A stretch of 60,755 nucleotides of DNA, filler included, from Hausera hauseri (lineage: Eukaryota): NCBI GenBank assembly GCA_046269625.1. It is 12 parts of 12 records of this genome, joined end to end, with 100 filler letters (N's around TTAATTAATTAA, not from the genome) between each part and the next. Parts side by side here need not be neighbours in the genome. Positions count along the whole stretch, not along the records: positions 9,810 to 14,341 come from JBJURY010539231.1; positions 14,442 to 24,713 come from JBJURY010212188.1; 10 more parts are not named here. One strand, 5' to 3'. Made by a program: the position numbers and the translations under genes. This document shows, piece by piece, positions 12,602-22,555 of the stretch. Below the pieces are notes generated by a model. It was not told where the DNA came from and did no database searches. It was given only the letters and a program-made list of their open reading frames with translations. How positions within the stretch are numbered: the first letter of the stretch is position 1; every line of letters starts with the position of its first letter.

Positions 12602-13620
12602 AATAGTCAAGTTGTTTAGCTGTCAGTAGTCAGCGCATGGTCTAAAAGTACCGTCCTTTTTTGTACAACGTGTAACGATGATGACCAAGAAGATTTGGAA
12701 CGGCGCACTATGCCGAAACGTTCTAGTTCAAGAAATTCGGCTTCTACGGGCTGTCTACGACGGGTAGCAGAGGTCGTACCTTTTGACCTATTGGACGTTG
12801 ATGCTGTGTAACTATATGGTGTAGAGTGCTGTTGGCGGGAGTGAAAGTACGATCTTTTTTAAGTACGCGTGGACATGATTTGTTCACGAATTGCTGTAAC
12901 GTTGTAGGTAACTGTGAGATATTCGGTGAAAGTGGTGAAACGGCTTGGGTAGTAGCAGATGCAATTTGTAAGTTGTTAGGTGATGTGCAGTCAAGTGGTA
13001 TTTGGTGTAAGATGGTTGAATTAAAGATGATGTTGGATTAAGTTAATTCGCTGAATGGAACTATGTTGGTTGCAGTACCACACTCATCGACATCAGATCT
13101 CGATCGTATATTCATATTATTGTTCAAAAATTTAAGAATAGAATTATTGTTTTAAAAAATAGAATTATTCATTGACTTTTTTAAGATTGACTTCCGCATT
13201 CCGGTCGACCGCGCGGTAGTCGAAACGCTATTTACATGTTCAGAAATGTCGCCAACGGTACCTTTCCTCAAACTCCGCTGACTGCAGTTAACCAGTAAGT
13301 TGTAGTGTGAGAGAAAGTCAGATCCTAGGATTGCCGACTGGACGTTAGCTACTGTAAACGTCCAGTGGAAGGTTGAAAAAAAATTCGGCAAAGTGAAAGA
13401 TAGTTTAGTCATGCCAGAAATGTGCAGCGGTTGGCCTTAAGCAGTGTATAAGTATTTGATCTTGAATGAAGTATTTTGTGCAGGAAAATTTGATGGTAGT
13501 AAAGAAATTGCTGCACCTGTATCGACGAGAAAGTCAATAGATTGTGTTGAAGGAACAGTGATTGCAGCCTTTAGAGTAAATACTGCAAAAGAGACGTTTC
13601 GGCGTTCAGAATGTGAAGCA
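12602..13620 (-). mobile_element. Ty3/gypsy LTR retrotransposon fragment (aspartic protease + RT N-terminus), degraded
   Basis: FLVDTGAAISLLP; WTFTVANVQSAILGSDFLSHYNLLVN; GIVRRSKSSWSSSLHVVQK(fs)KDGTFRPCADY*QLNNLT. Confidence 0.85.
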
Positions 13621-14341
13621 CTTCCTTTGCCAGAGTTTGCCGTGACCTCTGGCGGCGAACTTAGTTTTTTTGAAAAGATGAACTTGGACGAGTGTGAGAA
13701 GTGAAGGCAACACGTCCGTAATTCGTATTGCATTTGAAGGTGCAGCCGGGGATACATTTACATTCTTGATTTTTTGCATCATACTATAATTATAATCCTG
13801 CATACTGAAATTTTGTGTTGTGCATACTATTAACTTTATATATATTTACTCTTTTATATAAAATAATGAAGGTTCATTGTTTGGTTCGAATTGTAGGCCT
13901 CAAACGAAATAAAACAAAATAACATCTTCATGGAATGTGGGCGAGTAAAAAATGCCGAAGAAATGTACGAAATGCCGGTGACAAGATCGAGATGAAGAAA
14001 GAGCGAAATGGATAAAAGGATTTGCTCGACACGAAGCCAATTATTGTTAAAATTCAAGAGATTTTTACCAATCCATATGATCTTTACTCACAGAATGGTG
14101 TAGAAAAAAATGATTTGAATTGATTAGAAGAAAAGTATAGAAGTAGCACAGTCTAAGCAGGATATTTTCAGATTGGAGCAGTAATTATCCCAAACTATTT
14201 AAAATATATATATTCTCTGTGGGGGGGCTCAAATGAGAGAATATTTTTTTAAAAATCTGTGGCTCTTTTTTACATATGCTCCCATAACGTTGCATTTTAT
14301 TTATTTATTTTTTATAGCAACAGAATGGAATTACATAAATG

Positions 14342-14441
14342 NNNNNNNNNNNNNNNNNNNNNNNNNNNNNNNNNNNNNNNNNNNNTTAATTAATTAANNN
14401 NNNNNNNNNNNNNNNNNNNNNNNNNNNNNNNNNNNNNNNNN
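14342..14441. other. artificial contig linker
   Basis: N44-TTAATTAATTAA-N44. Confidence 0.99.
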
Positions 14442-16365
14442 CCGGCTTTATTGACGGTTGTATATTCTACTGTATCAGTCGGTTCATCCGTACATCCCAA
14501 CATATATCGTTCTGCTCTGGGAAGTACTTGTTCTTCGTGAGTTTCGACGTAAGGGTAATATTCTTCTTCTTTAATGTTCGATAGCCATTTCTCGTCACCA
14601 TATATTTCGAGATCGTAGTCCAAGTTGGTCAGGGAAATTTCGAATTGTCTGGTGTAATTGAGTGTTGGTTCATGACGGAATAAGTTTTTTCTTCCATGTT
14701 TACGCTTGTATATACATATAGCAACAATCACTGTTACAACAAGTATAATACTAGTGGGTAATACAATTACTATTAGCAAGAGTTTATTGTAACTCGATTG
14801 TAGTCCCTGTAATGGCTCAACCAATGGTACCATGGTTTTTAATGTTTCATTGTTCTTAGGATAGTCTGTGGATATTTTAAAAAGAAATCTTCCTCTCTTC
14901 ATTATTTCATTAAGTGTAGGGAATTTGAATAGTGAATTTACTCCTTTTCTGAGAGTTGTGACTTCAAACAAAGCAACTGTTTTTAATCTTCGTATTGGGT
15001 CATAATAAGTTAACTGAATGTGGGCTAGATAAGGATGACCTGATATTAATTGGGCACACTCAACATGTGTGCTAGTAATCAAAAAACAGGCGCCATTTGT
15101 ATTTTCCAATGTGACGATAAAGTCAGGATCTGGCAAACTGAATATTACACGATCCGATCTTACTTGTACATAAATGTCCAATGGCTTAAAAGAAATAAAT
15201 TGAATGCGTTCGGGGGCTTGCCTTATTCCTGCTATTATGTATGGAATTTGATTATGAACCGAATAATGAAAACTACTTAACCAAAAGGTATTTGGACAAG
15301 ATTATTGTAGTTGGAGCGTGAGAAGTATCTGTCGATTATCCTCTTTCGTACACGATATTGGAGGTCGGGAGCTTGTGACCTCTACGTTATAAAGCTCGTC
15401 AGTATATTGTTTCGCAGCACATGAAAGAGCATAACTAACTCTACTGATTTGTGGTGCTACCACTAGGATTCCCTTATCGTTGAATATCTTTGCTCCAATT
15501 CGTTTATTATCTTCACTTGAAGGTGCACACGGTATTATTGGTGCTTTTCTTTCTCTTCCTGTTACCGTACGTCGCCATATACCATTTACGAGGCGAAACA
15601 TAGTGAATATTAATAAATATTCTTGGTCAGGTCATGTATATATGCAAGTCGATTGATTATGTTCTCGGAAATAGTAAACACTATTTTGCCCAAAAGTTGT
15701 ATCGGCATATCGTGTGGTTATTTGCATTACTCTACCTTTTGGGATTTTTCTATCCCATTCAATTGGTAAGCATGGCTTTTTATAATCGGGTTGGCCTATA
15801 AACACTCTTTCTTCTAAGAATGATCTGTCGATTTTGGTTAACTCTTTCTGTTCAGGTGAATTGTCCATTAAAGATAACATAACTGTTTTTGGTTTCAATG
15901 GTATCATTATTTTGAATGTTCGATCTTCATAGAGGGGTGAATTCTTATCCTCTGATATATGAATCTGTACCGAATAAATAGTCCCAGGCATAACCTTACA
16001 ACAATTTTCCCCATATGAGGACGTAGTCGTACATAACATTTTTTCTTTTCTATACAATGTTAACGTTCCCCAATTTTCGTTTAATGTTTTATTACTATTT
16101 ATCCCAATTCGTGGATTGAATAATCTCAGGGATAAGCAATTTCTTGTGTGATTATATTGAATATACAGATATCCTGGAGTGATACCTTGCGCATCCCATG
16201 GTTCTATTTTTGGAATTCTCTTCAAGTATTTCACGAAATCCGAAAATGTATTCAACGATGCTTGAGTGATTACATTTGTTGTCTTCACTGAACTTACTGT
16301 TGGCTGTGTAAATGAATCTAGTATACAACAGACCAATATTCCCATTGGTAATAATATTCGGTGGG
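14442..16365 (-). other. receptor-like module 2 (paralog of module 1) with Tyr-rich cytoplasmic tail
   Basis: LCTTTSSYGENCCKVMPGTIYSVQI; NRQILLTLQLQ*SCPNTFW vs DRQILLTLQLPSPCPNIFW in module 1; TM LLLIVIVLPTSIILVVTVIVAICIY-KRKHGRK; tail with VEYTTV. Confidence 0.55.
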
Positions 16366-16419
16366 ATATTAAATCGTGTTTAATCCGTGATGATTGGGTC
16401 TGGACAGGTCTTTTGGTTT

Positions 16420-17720
16420 TTCGGTGTCTTTTGACGTATAATAATACTACCCATATTAATATAGAAATGAGAACAATAATGGGTACGACAATTATTAGTA
16501 GCAGATATTTATCGTCTTGTTTCGTCGTCTTAATAGATGTTTGGTTCTGCACTATTATCTTATTCTCGTCTGGTACTATTTGCCGTTCCATGTGGGTATC
16601 GGATCGTTTACCGGGTGTAATCATATGACACAGTGCTATCGGTTTTTGTTGGTATATTATTTGTATAATATAAAGACATTGAGGTTTGAGACTGTCACAA
16701 CTAATAGATGTATCCTTAAATAGTGAACATTTAACTGTATCATCATCAAATGATACCATATAATTGTTATTGGGGAAGTTAAATATGGCATTTCTGTCAT
16801 TTACTTGATAAGAAATATTCAACGGTGTAAATCAAATCGTTTGAATATGTTCGGGAAGTTGTAGACCATCGTAGGATGCATGTAATGGTAAGTTGAATGT
16901 ATCAAAATAAGTGGTTCTAATCCAGAATATATTTGGGCATGGAGATGGTAATTGTAATGTCAGCAATATTTGTCGGTCACTACCTGGTACACAAATTTCC
17001 GAAGGTTCCATACTGGAATATTCTATACTATAATTTCTATCATTTGTTAGTTTCGCTGTACATGTTATAGTGTAAGTGACGTTTTCTATTCTGGGTAGAA
17101 TTCTCATAATTCCTTTAGAGTTATCGACATCGGCGTTTATTGGTCGATCAAATTCAGGTGTCAAACGACATTTTTTACCATTGTCTTTAATGGGGTAAAC
17201 TGTTCTGACTTTTGTCCTGATTGGATCAATAGTGGTCGTTTCTATGGGTATTTCAACAAAAACAGTCCGTCGCATAGTAATATTGTAACCGAACTCATTT
17301 GATCGTATAATAATCTGTAATAACAGGAAAGTTAAAGAGTAAGTGTATCCTTGAATGACTGGGCAACACTTATTATCCTTTAATTCTGAATAAGCAACAC
17401 AAATAGGTTTATTCTTTTTAAACAGTGTTATAACTTCTCTTTCTTGTCCATTTAATTTGTGTACATAGGTAATCATCAAGCACTTTCTCTTAGGATTATA
17501 ATAGATTGAAAAAACCTTGAATGTGAATTGTCGACCGTTGTTCAGATCTAAGCTCGTATTTTCTGGTAGTTTCAAATAATCTTGATACGTAATGTGTAAA
17601 TTCCGCCTTTGATCAGGGGTGAAAATCGGAGTTTAATTCAGTTGGGGTGGTAAAATTAATTGTGCCAAAATATTAGTCATGCATAATGCTATTATACATG
17701 AAAATAACGTCATTTTTCCA
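16420..17720 (-). other. receptor-like module 1: signal peptide + Cys-containing FN3-like repeats + TM
   Basis: Signal-like MTLFSCIIALCMTNILA; ICVAYSELKDNKCCPVIQGYTYSLTF; SCDSLKPQCLYIIQI (FN3-like LxPxxxY); TM YLLLIIVVPIIVLISILIWVVLLYV followed by KRHRKTKR. Confidence 0.55.
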
Positions 17721-20700
17721 ATTGGTGATTGTATACTCTGATATTGCTGACCTGACGAGTAATTATCGACATCCTGTTGATTAACCGGTTCACGGGTGTT
17801 TTTGCTCAAGATTGGTTCTGTGCTTACTATAGAATTTATATTCTGGCTGTTGTCAACGGATTGGACGTCTACCTTAAGATTTGAGCCATTCGGTTCATTG
17901 TGATTTACATCGGTGGTAGAATTTTCTTCTTCTTCCAATACTGGTTCTAGGTTAACTTTATTTTTTATGGTAGGTTTTGGAAGGAGTTCAAGTAATTTGT
18001 CAATGTTCTCTTCCATTCTATTCCAAGCCTTTTTGTCTCTGGTAGGTCCTCTGAATTTCTTTTTCTTTCTTAAGTACTGCTTTATATTAATCATGTGCAT
18101 CACCATTTCTATCATGAACCATTGACAAGGTAACTTAGTCGATATTGCTGATCTTTGGGGTATTTTAGCCAAATACTTTATTAGATATGTCTCTTCTCCT
18201 GGTAATAAATCCATTTGGGTTAATCCTAGATAAGCCATTACTCTGTTAATCCATCGGGTTTCAAGGGCTATCTTACTGTCTATTCCGTATTTTTGAGCAA
18301 GTATATCTATTCTTTCGTCATGTAATTGTACTGAACGATAATAAATTTCCAGTATGCTGGCTTGTGTTGGATTAATTGTTTCTTTATCGGTTATTTCTAT
18401 TTCCTTAGGTTGATTTTTATTTCTGTTAAAACTATGGAAAAGAATCTTTATCATGTATTGACGAACTTCTTCTGTATCCACATCAGGTGTTAGCAAAAGG
18501 TTATTGATATGAAAATATTCCACCACTCGTTGTAACACACTCTGTTGGTAATATTCGTTATCATTATAAAAGGAGTTAATATATTGACTTTTAATCCATG
18601 CTACCACACTATGAGATATGTTGAGGTGTTCTGTTCCTAATTCCCATAACACTTGGTACACCCATCTATCCATTTCTGGAGTTGGTTCGGATAGGGTTTT
18701 TAGGCCATTGTTTAAAAGTTTAGCACAAATAAGTCTGCTGTGAGTTATCTTACTTGCTGGCGTCAAAGTATCTAATAATTTAATCTTACAGCATCTTAGA
18801 TTTGACGTATTAGGATTTTCTTCGGTGATGATTCCTCGGTTGACCAAAATATCTGAGTAGTTATCGAAACATCTTCTCATCATGTCATAATACTCGAAAT
18901 CATAGAGGTAATTCAATATCGCTTGTTTTTCTCCAGTAATTTCAACATCCTCTTCTTCTGTGTTATGAATGAACAATCTTTGCCATTCTCTTTTTATAGT
19001 TTGTTCCTTTTCCAATTCTTTAACATTAGTATAATATACATTCCAGACAGGGTCGTATGTCTTACTGATTTTCTTTTGAACTTTTTCTAGCCTTGTCTGT
19101 TGTTCGGATCTAGTTCCTTCTGTTGGTTGATTAAATCCTTTATTAAAATCCTTGATTATAGTTTGGATCATTCGTTTATATCTGGAATACCTTGAATAGC
19201 CTTGGAACTCTAACTTAGTGTTGTTAAACGCTTTAATACACAAATACATTTGTGTATACTGTTTTATAGTAGGCTTATGTATTTTTATCTGATGTAATAG
19301 ACGAGTCGTCCATATTTTATTTTTATATTCTCCTTTATCATAACCGTATTTTTGTGCTGATGCTAAGATTTTCCTATCATAATACTCGCGTATTCGTAAT
19401 CTATAGGTGGCTTCAGGGTATTGTCTTCTTTCATAAATCTCCTTTTCCATTTGTAAATGTGGTGTATCGCTATTTATTCTCATTCGTGTATTATAAAGAT
19501 ATCTTCTTTGTGCTCTTAACCATTCTCTATCAAGATGTACTATTCCTAGCGCTAACCTGTCTATAAGATGTTCATTATGCAATATTTCTACTTCATGCCG
19601 AAGTTCTTCCAATATTTGTAAAATTGATTTTACTAATATCTTGTAATACTCTGTTCTTTCCATAATGTCAGTGACTGCTTCGATTAATTCTGTCATGAGG
19701 GGTTCATCTTCTAGTCCGGCTTCCCATAATAACCAATCTATCCATATATGTCTCTTATATTCCTCAGTATTGTTTCTGATGTTTTGAATTTTATGCGTCC
19801 ATAATCCATTAATTATATGGTCGTTACCACAGTCTTTCATCGATTCTCTAAGGATTTCCTTATCATGAGTTGATATTTTTAATCGTTTAGGTCTGCGTAG
19901 TGCTATATTAAGCAATTGATATAAGGATATGTCCCAAGTGACAAAGGATGTAAAAACTCCTGCATGTAGATTAAGAGGGTTTGTTTTCAAATATTGTTGG
20001 GCCTCTAGTGCTATTGTTTCTAAAGCATAGGCATCCCCTTGTTGAAAATATTGCTTTCCAGGATTATAAATATGCAATTTCAAATATTGATATTCAGGAG
20101 ATTGTCGTTTATCTGGAGACCTATTGATCTCCCACAAGAATATTCGTGTCCAAGTTTGCCTATAGGTTACTTCCATGTCTGATTCTTCTATCATTTCTTT
20201 GATTGATTCGATTTCATTATTTTCTGTTTTCAAACTCTTCGAATATTGTTGACGGAGAGAATGTACTATTTCATGTAGATTTTGTTTTGGGTATTGTTGT
20301 CTTAATTTAACTACTTCACTTTCTGCATTCATGTCCAATTTTCGTAATTTGTTAAGCATTTGTAATAGATGTGTCGCTTCATTAACTTCGATTGATCGTT
20401 CTACTTCATTTTTCTTGTATGCTTTGTATCTTTTTATTATCGCTGTTATATTTCGGTAGGATGAATTGTCCCAAGTATTTCCTTTAGTTATTTCGTTATT
20501 TCTTATTGTATCACATGATTTTAATAGTAGAAATTTGTCTTCTGCTGATACTTCCTCATACGTTTTCCCAAATTCTATTAAAATAGTATCAATTATTGAT
20601 TTAAATATATTATTTTCTGATATAATGTACCGTTCTATGGCTATTCTATTAAGTTCCCTCTGTATTTCTTCGTTATCCATCCAAGGTATATCTTCCAATT

Positions 20701-22555
20701 CTGCCCTTGGCCATGTGTGACTTTTTGTCGTCTCCTTTGTAGGATTATTTGCTGATTCTTGCAGTAAACGCTGTATATAAGGATCCTTTGACCATGGGTT
20801 TTCAGTTATCTCTATTTCGGATATCATGTAACTTAATACTATTTTCGGGGCTAGTATGTCTGAAATTTCACCTAAGAATCTTTCTCTATTAGCCTGTCTC
20901 TTCTTTTCCCATTGCCTTTTTGCAAATTGAATTAGTTCGGTTAGTTGTTCGATTGCGTAGATTGCCAATATATATGATAGAAATTTCACATACTTCGCAT
21001 AGTCTAGTTTATTTGTATTGATAGGTTGTGCAGCACAACCATTTATTAAACAGCATGTTACTAAGGTTGATAAAAGTATTGGATTGGGTCTAACATAACT
21101 TCCTTCATTTTCTTCGTAATCAGGAGGTGGTAGTTGTTTGATGGTCTTTTTATAATGTTTTATTACTCGGCAAAATCTATAGAGCGCTACCACTATTAAC
21201 GCAACTATCGTGCTACTAGCTAAACCTATTAGAAACATTAGTAGTAAAAATGATTTATAATCTATGACTGGTAAGGCCGGAATAACTGCATAATCAATTT
21301 GACTTGCTTCAGTTGAGGTTACATTAAATGCTGAGAAGACTATAGGTATTGCTAATCGTTTATAAACGTATGATGTTTTGCCAGAGACGTCATCGTACTT
21401 TGGAGGTGGTTCCTCTTTTGCTGCTTCTACATCTAATGTTAAATGTTCTTTCCTTTTCATTTCTTTTTGTATTTTATACGATCTCTTAATCAATATGGCA
21501 ATGTAACTAGTTAATGCTAAAACGAATATTATTAGTAGCATTAGTGACATCACTTCCATAGTTTGACTATATATATATATCTCCTTATTACAAGTTTTGG
21601 CCTTAGACATAGGTATCAAGCTATTCTCAATCATGTATCCACTAGTCGTTGGTAGTATAACTCGTCCGGTAGAATTAAATCGTTTATATCGATTAATCCT
21701 CTTATTGAAGAATATTATCGCTCCTATTATAAGGCTAATTAGAAGTGTCAATATTACTGAAGAAATTGTATATTCCAATATGGAAATCGGAGGGATTGTT
21801 GACTTACTGACTTGCGTTGTAGTGTTGGTAATCAATTCTGCATTGGCTTTTTTAATTAGGAAGGATGGCATAAGCATTGTCGCTGCTAAAGTAAAAGGTT
21901 TAGTTTTGAATTTCACCCAATTATTAATTTTTTCTCGACCAGTTGGCTTTCTTTGTGATATTATCCTTTCCCTTTCTAACTTAAACCTTTTTGCTTTCTC
22001 GTTCGGCATAGGTAGTGAGCAAAATATTAGGCGGTATCGAATGGCATTTATTCGACCAGTTAATCCTTCGGCATTTACATCGCACATTGAATATATATCT
22101 TGATAATCTTGTTTTGATAGTTCTTGGTTTAAATTTCGTTCTAAGTATTTATTCCATAAGATCTTGATCTCCTTTTCCTCTATTATTTGTAGCGCTTCAT
22201 CATCTAACTTATCCTTCGACTCCATTATTGAATAAGCCGTAATGCAATGTGTATATACATTTCCTTTACATTGCTTTGTTAGTTCTAATCCGAACCATTC
22301 GTATAAGGTTAAGTTATAATTAATTATACTGCACATTTCAAAATCGTTTACATAATCGTTTATGCCTGGTAATTCATCCTCTATCTGTTTCTTACCATGC
22401 TTGACTGGTAAGGGTGCTCTATCTCCTCGTAGAAATCTCGTTAAAAATTTTCTTTCGGCTTCACTTCCTACGAATAAAGGTTGGAAATCCTCATTGGATC
22501 CGATTACAAGTGTTTCATTATCATTGAAACTATGCCTTATATTTATTAAGTCCAC
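17633..22555 (-). CDS. largest intact segment (1640 aa) of the polyprotein: alternating signal-like/TM segments, two PPxY motifs, helical Trp repeats
   Basis: Uninterrupted 4.9-kb ORF in AT-rich DNA; TM stretches ISSVILTLLISLIIGAIIFF, VMSLMLLIIFVLALTSYIAILI, FLLLMFLIGLASSTIVALIVVALY; PPPKY and PPPDY. Confidence 0.8.
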   Translation of the reverse strand: MDLINIRHSFNDNETLVIGSNEDFQPLFVGSEAERKFLTRFLRGDRAPLPVKHGKKQIEDELPGINDYVNDFEMCSIINYNLTLYEWFGLELTKQCKGNVYTHCITAYSIMESKDKLDDEALQIIEEKEIKILWNKYLERNLNQELSKQDYQDIYSMCDVNAEGLTGRINAIRYRLIFCSLPMPNEKAKRFKLERERIISQRKPTGREKINNWVKFKTKPFTLAATMLMPSFLIKKANAELITNTTTQVSKSTIPPISILEYTISSVILTLLISLIIGAIIFFNKRINRYKRFNSTGRVILPTTSGYMIENSLIPMSKAKTCNKEIYIYSQTMEVMSLMLLIIFVLALTSYIAILIKRSYKIQKEMKRKEHLTLDVEAAKEEPPPKYDDVSGKTSYVYKRLAIPIVFSAFNVTSTEASQIDYAVIPALPVIDYKSFLLLMFLIGLASSTIVALIVVALYRFCRVIKHYKKTIKQLPPPDYEENEGSYVRPNPILLSTLVTCCLINGCAAQPINTNKLDYAKYVKFLSYILAIYAIEQLTELIQFAKRQWEKKRQANRERFLGEISDILAPKIVLSYMISEIEITENPWSKDPYIQRLLQESANNPTKETTKSHTWPRAELEDIPWMDNEEIQRELNRIAIERYIISENNIFKSIIDTILIEFGKTYEEVSAEDKFLLLKSCDTIRNNEITKGNTWDNSSYRNITAIIKRYKAYKKNEVERSIEVNEATHLLQMLNKLRKLDMNAESEVVKLRQQYPKQNLHEIVHSLRQQYSKSLKTENNEIESIKEMIEESDMEVTYRQTWTRIFLWEINRSPDKRQSPEYQYLKLHIYNPGKQYFQQGDAYALETIALEAQQYLKTNPLNLHAGVFTSFVTWDISLYQLLNIALRRPKRLKISTHDKEILRESMKDCGNDHIINGLWTHKIQNIRNNTEEYKRHIWIDWLLWEAGLEDEPLMTELIEAVTDIMERTEYYKILVKSILQILEELRHEVEILHNEHLIDRLALGIVHLDREWLRAQRRYLYNTRMRINSDTPHLQMEKEIYERRQYPEATYRLRIREYYDRKILASAQKYGYDKGEYKNKIWTTRLLHQIKIHKPTIKQYTQMYLCIKAFNNTKLEFQGYSRYSRYKRMIQTIIKDFNKGFNQPTEGTRSEQQTRLEKVQKKISKTYDPVWNVYYTNVKELEKEQTIKREWQRLFIHNTEEEDVEITGEKQAILNYLYDFEYYDMMRRCFDNYSDILVNRGIITEENPNTSNLRCCKIKLLDTLTPASKITHSRLICAKLLNNGLKTLSEPTPEMDRWVYQVLWELGTEHLNISHSVVAWIKSQYINSFYNDNEYYQQSVLQRVVEYFHINNLLLTPDVDTEEVRQYMIKILFHSFNRNKNQPKEIEITDKETINPTQASILEIYYRSVQLHDERIDILAQKYGIDSKIALETRWINRVMAYLGLTQMDLLPGEETYLIKYLAKIPQRSAISTKLPCQWFMIEMVMHMINIKQYLRKKKKFRGPTRDKKAWNRMEENIDKLLELLPKPTIKNKVNLEPVLEEEENSTTDVNHNEPNGSNLKVDVQSVDNSQNINSIVSTEPILSKNTREPVNQQDVDNYSSGQQYQSIQSPIGKMTLFSCIIALCMTNILAQLILPPQLN

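Noticed and set aside
10578-12629. Several plus-strand ORFs of 70-185 aa
   Set aside because: No recognisable motifs; cannot be assigned without a search
21597-22103. Plus-strand ORFs within contig 4 (e.g. 16266-16628, 21597-22103, 22362-22667)
   Set aside because: Antisense shadows of the long minus-strand frame
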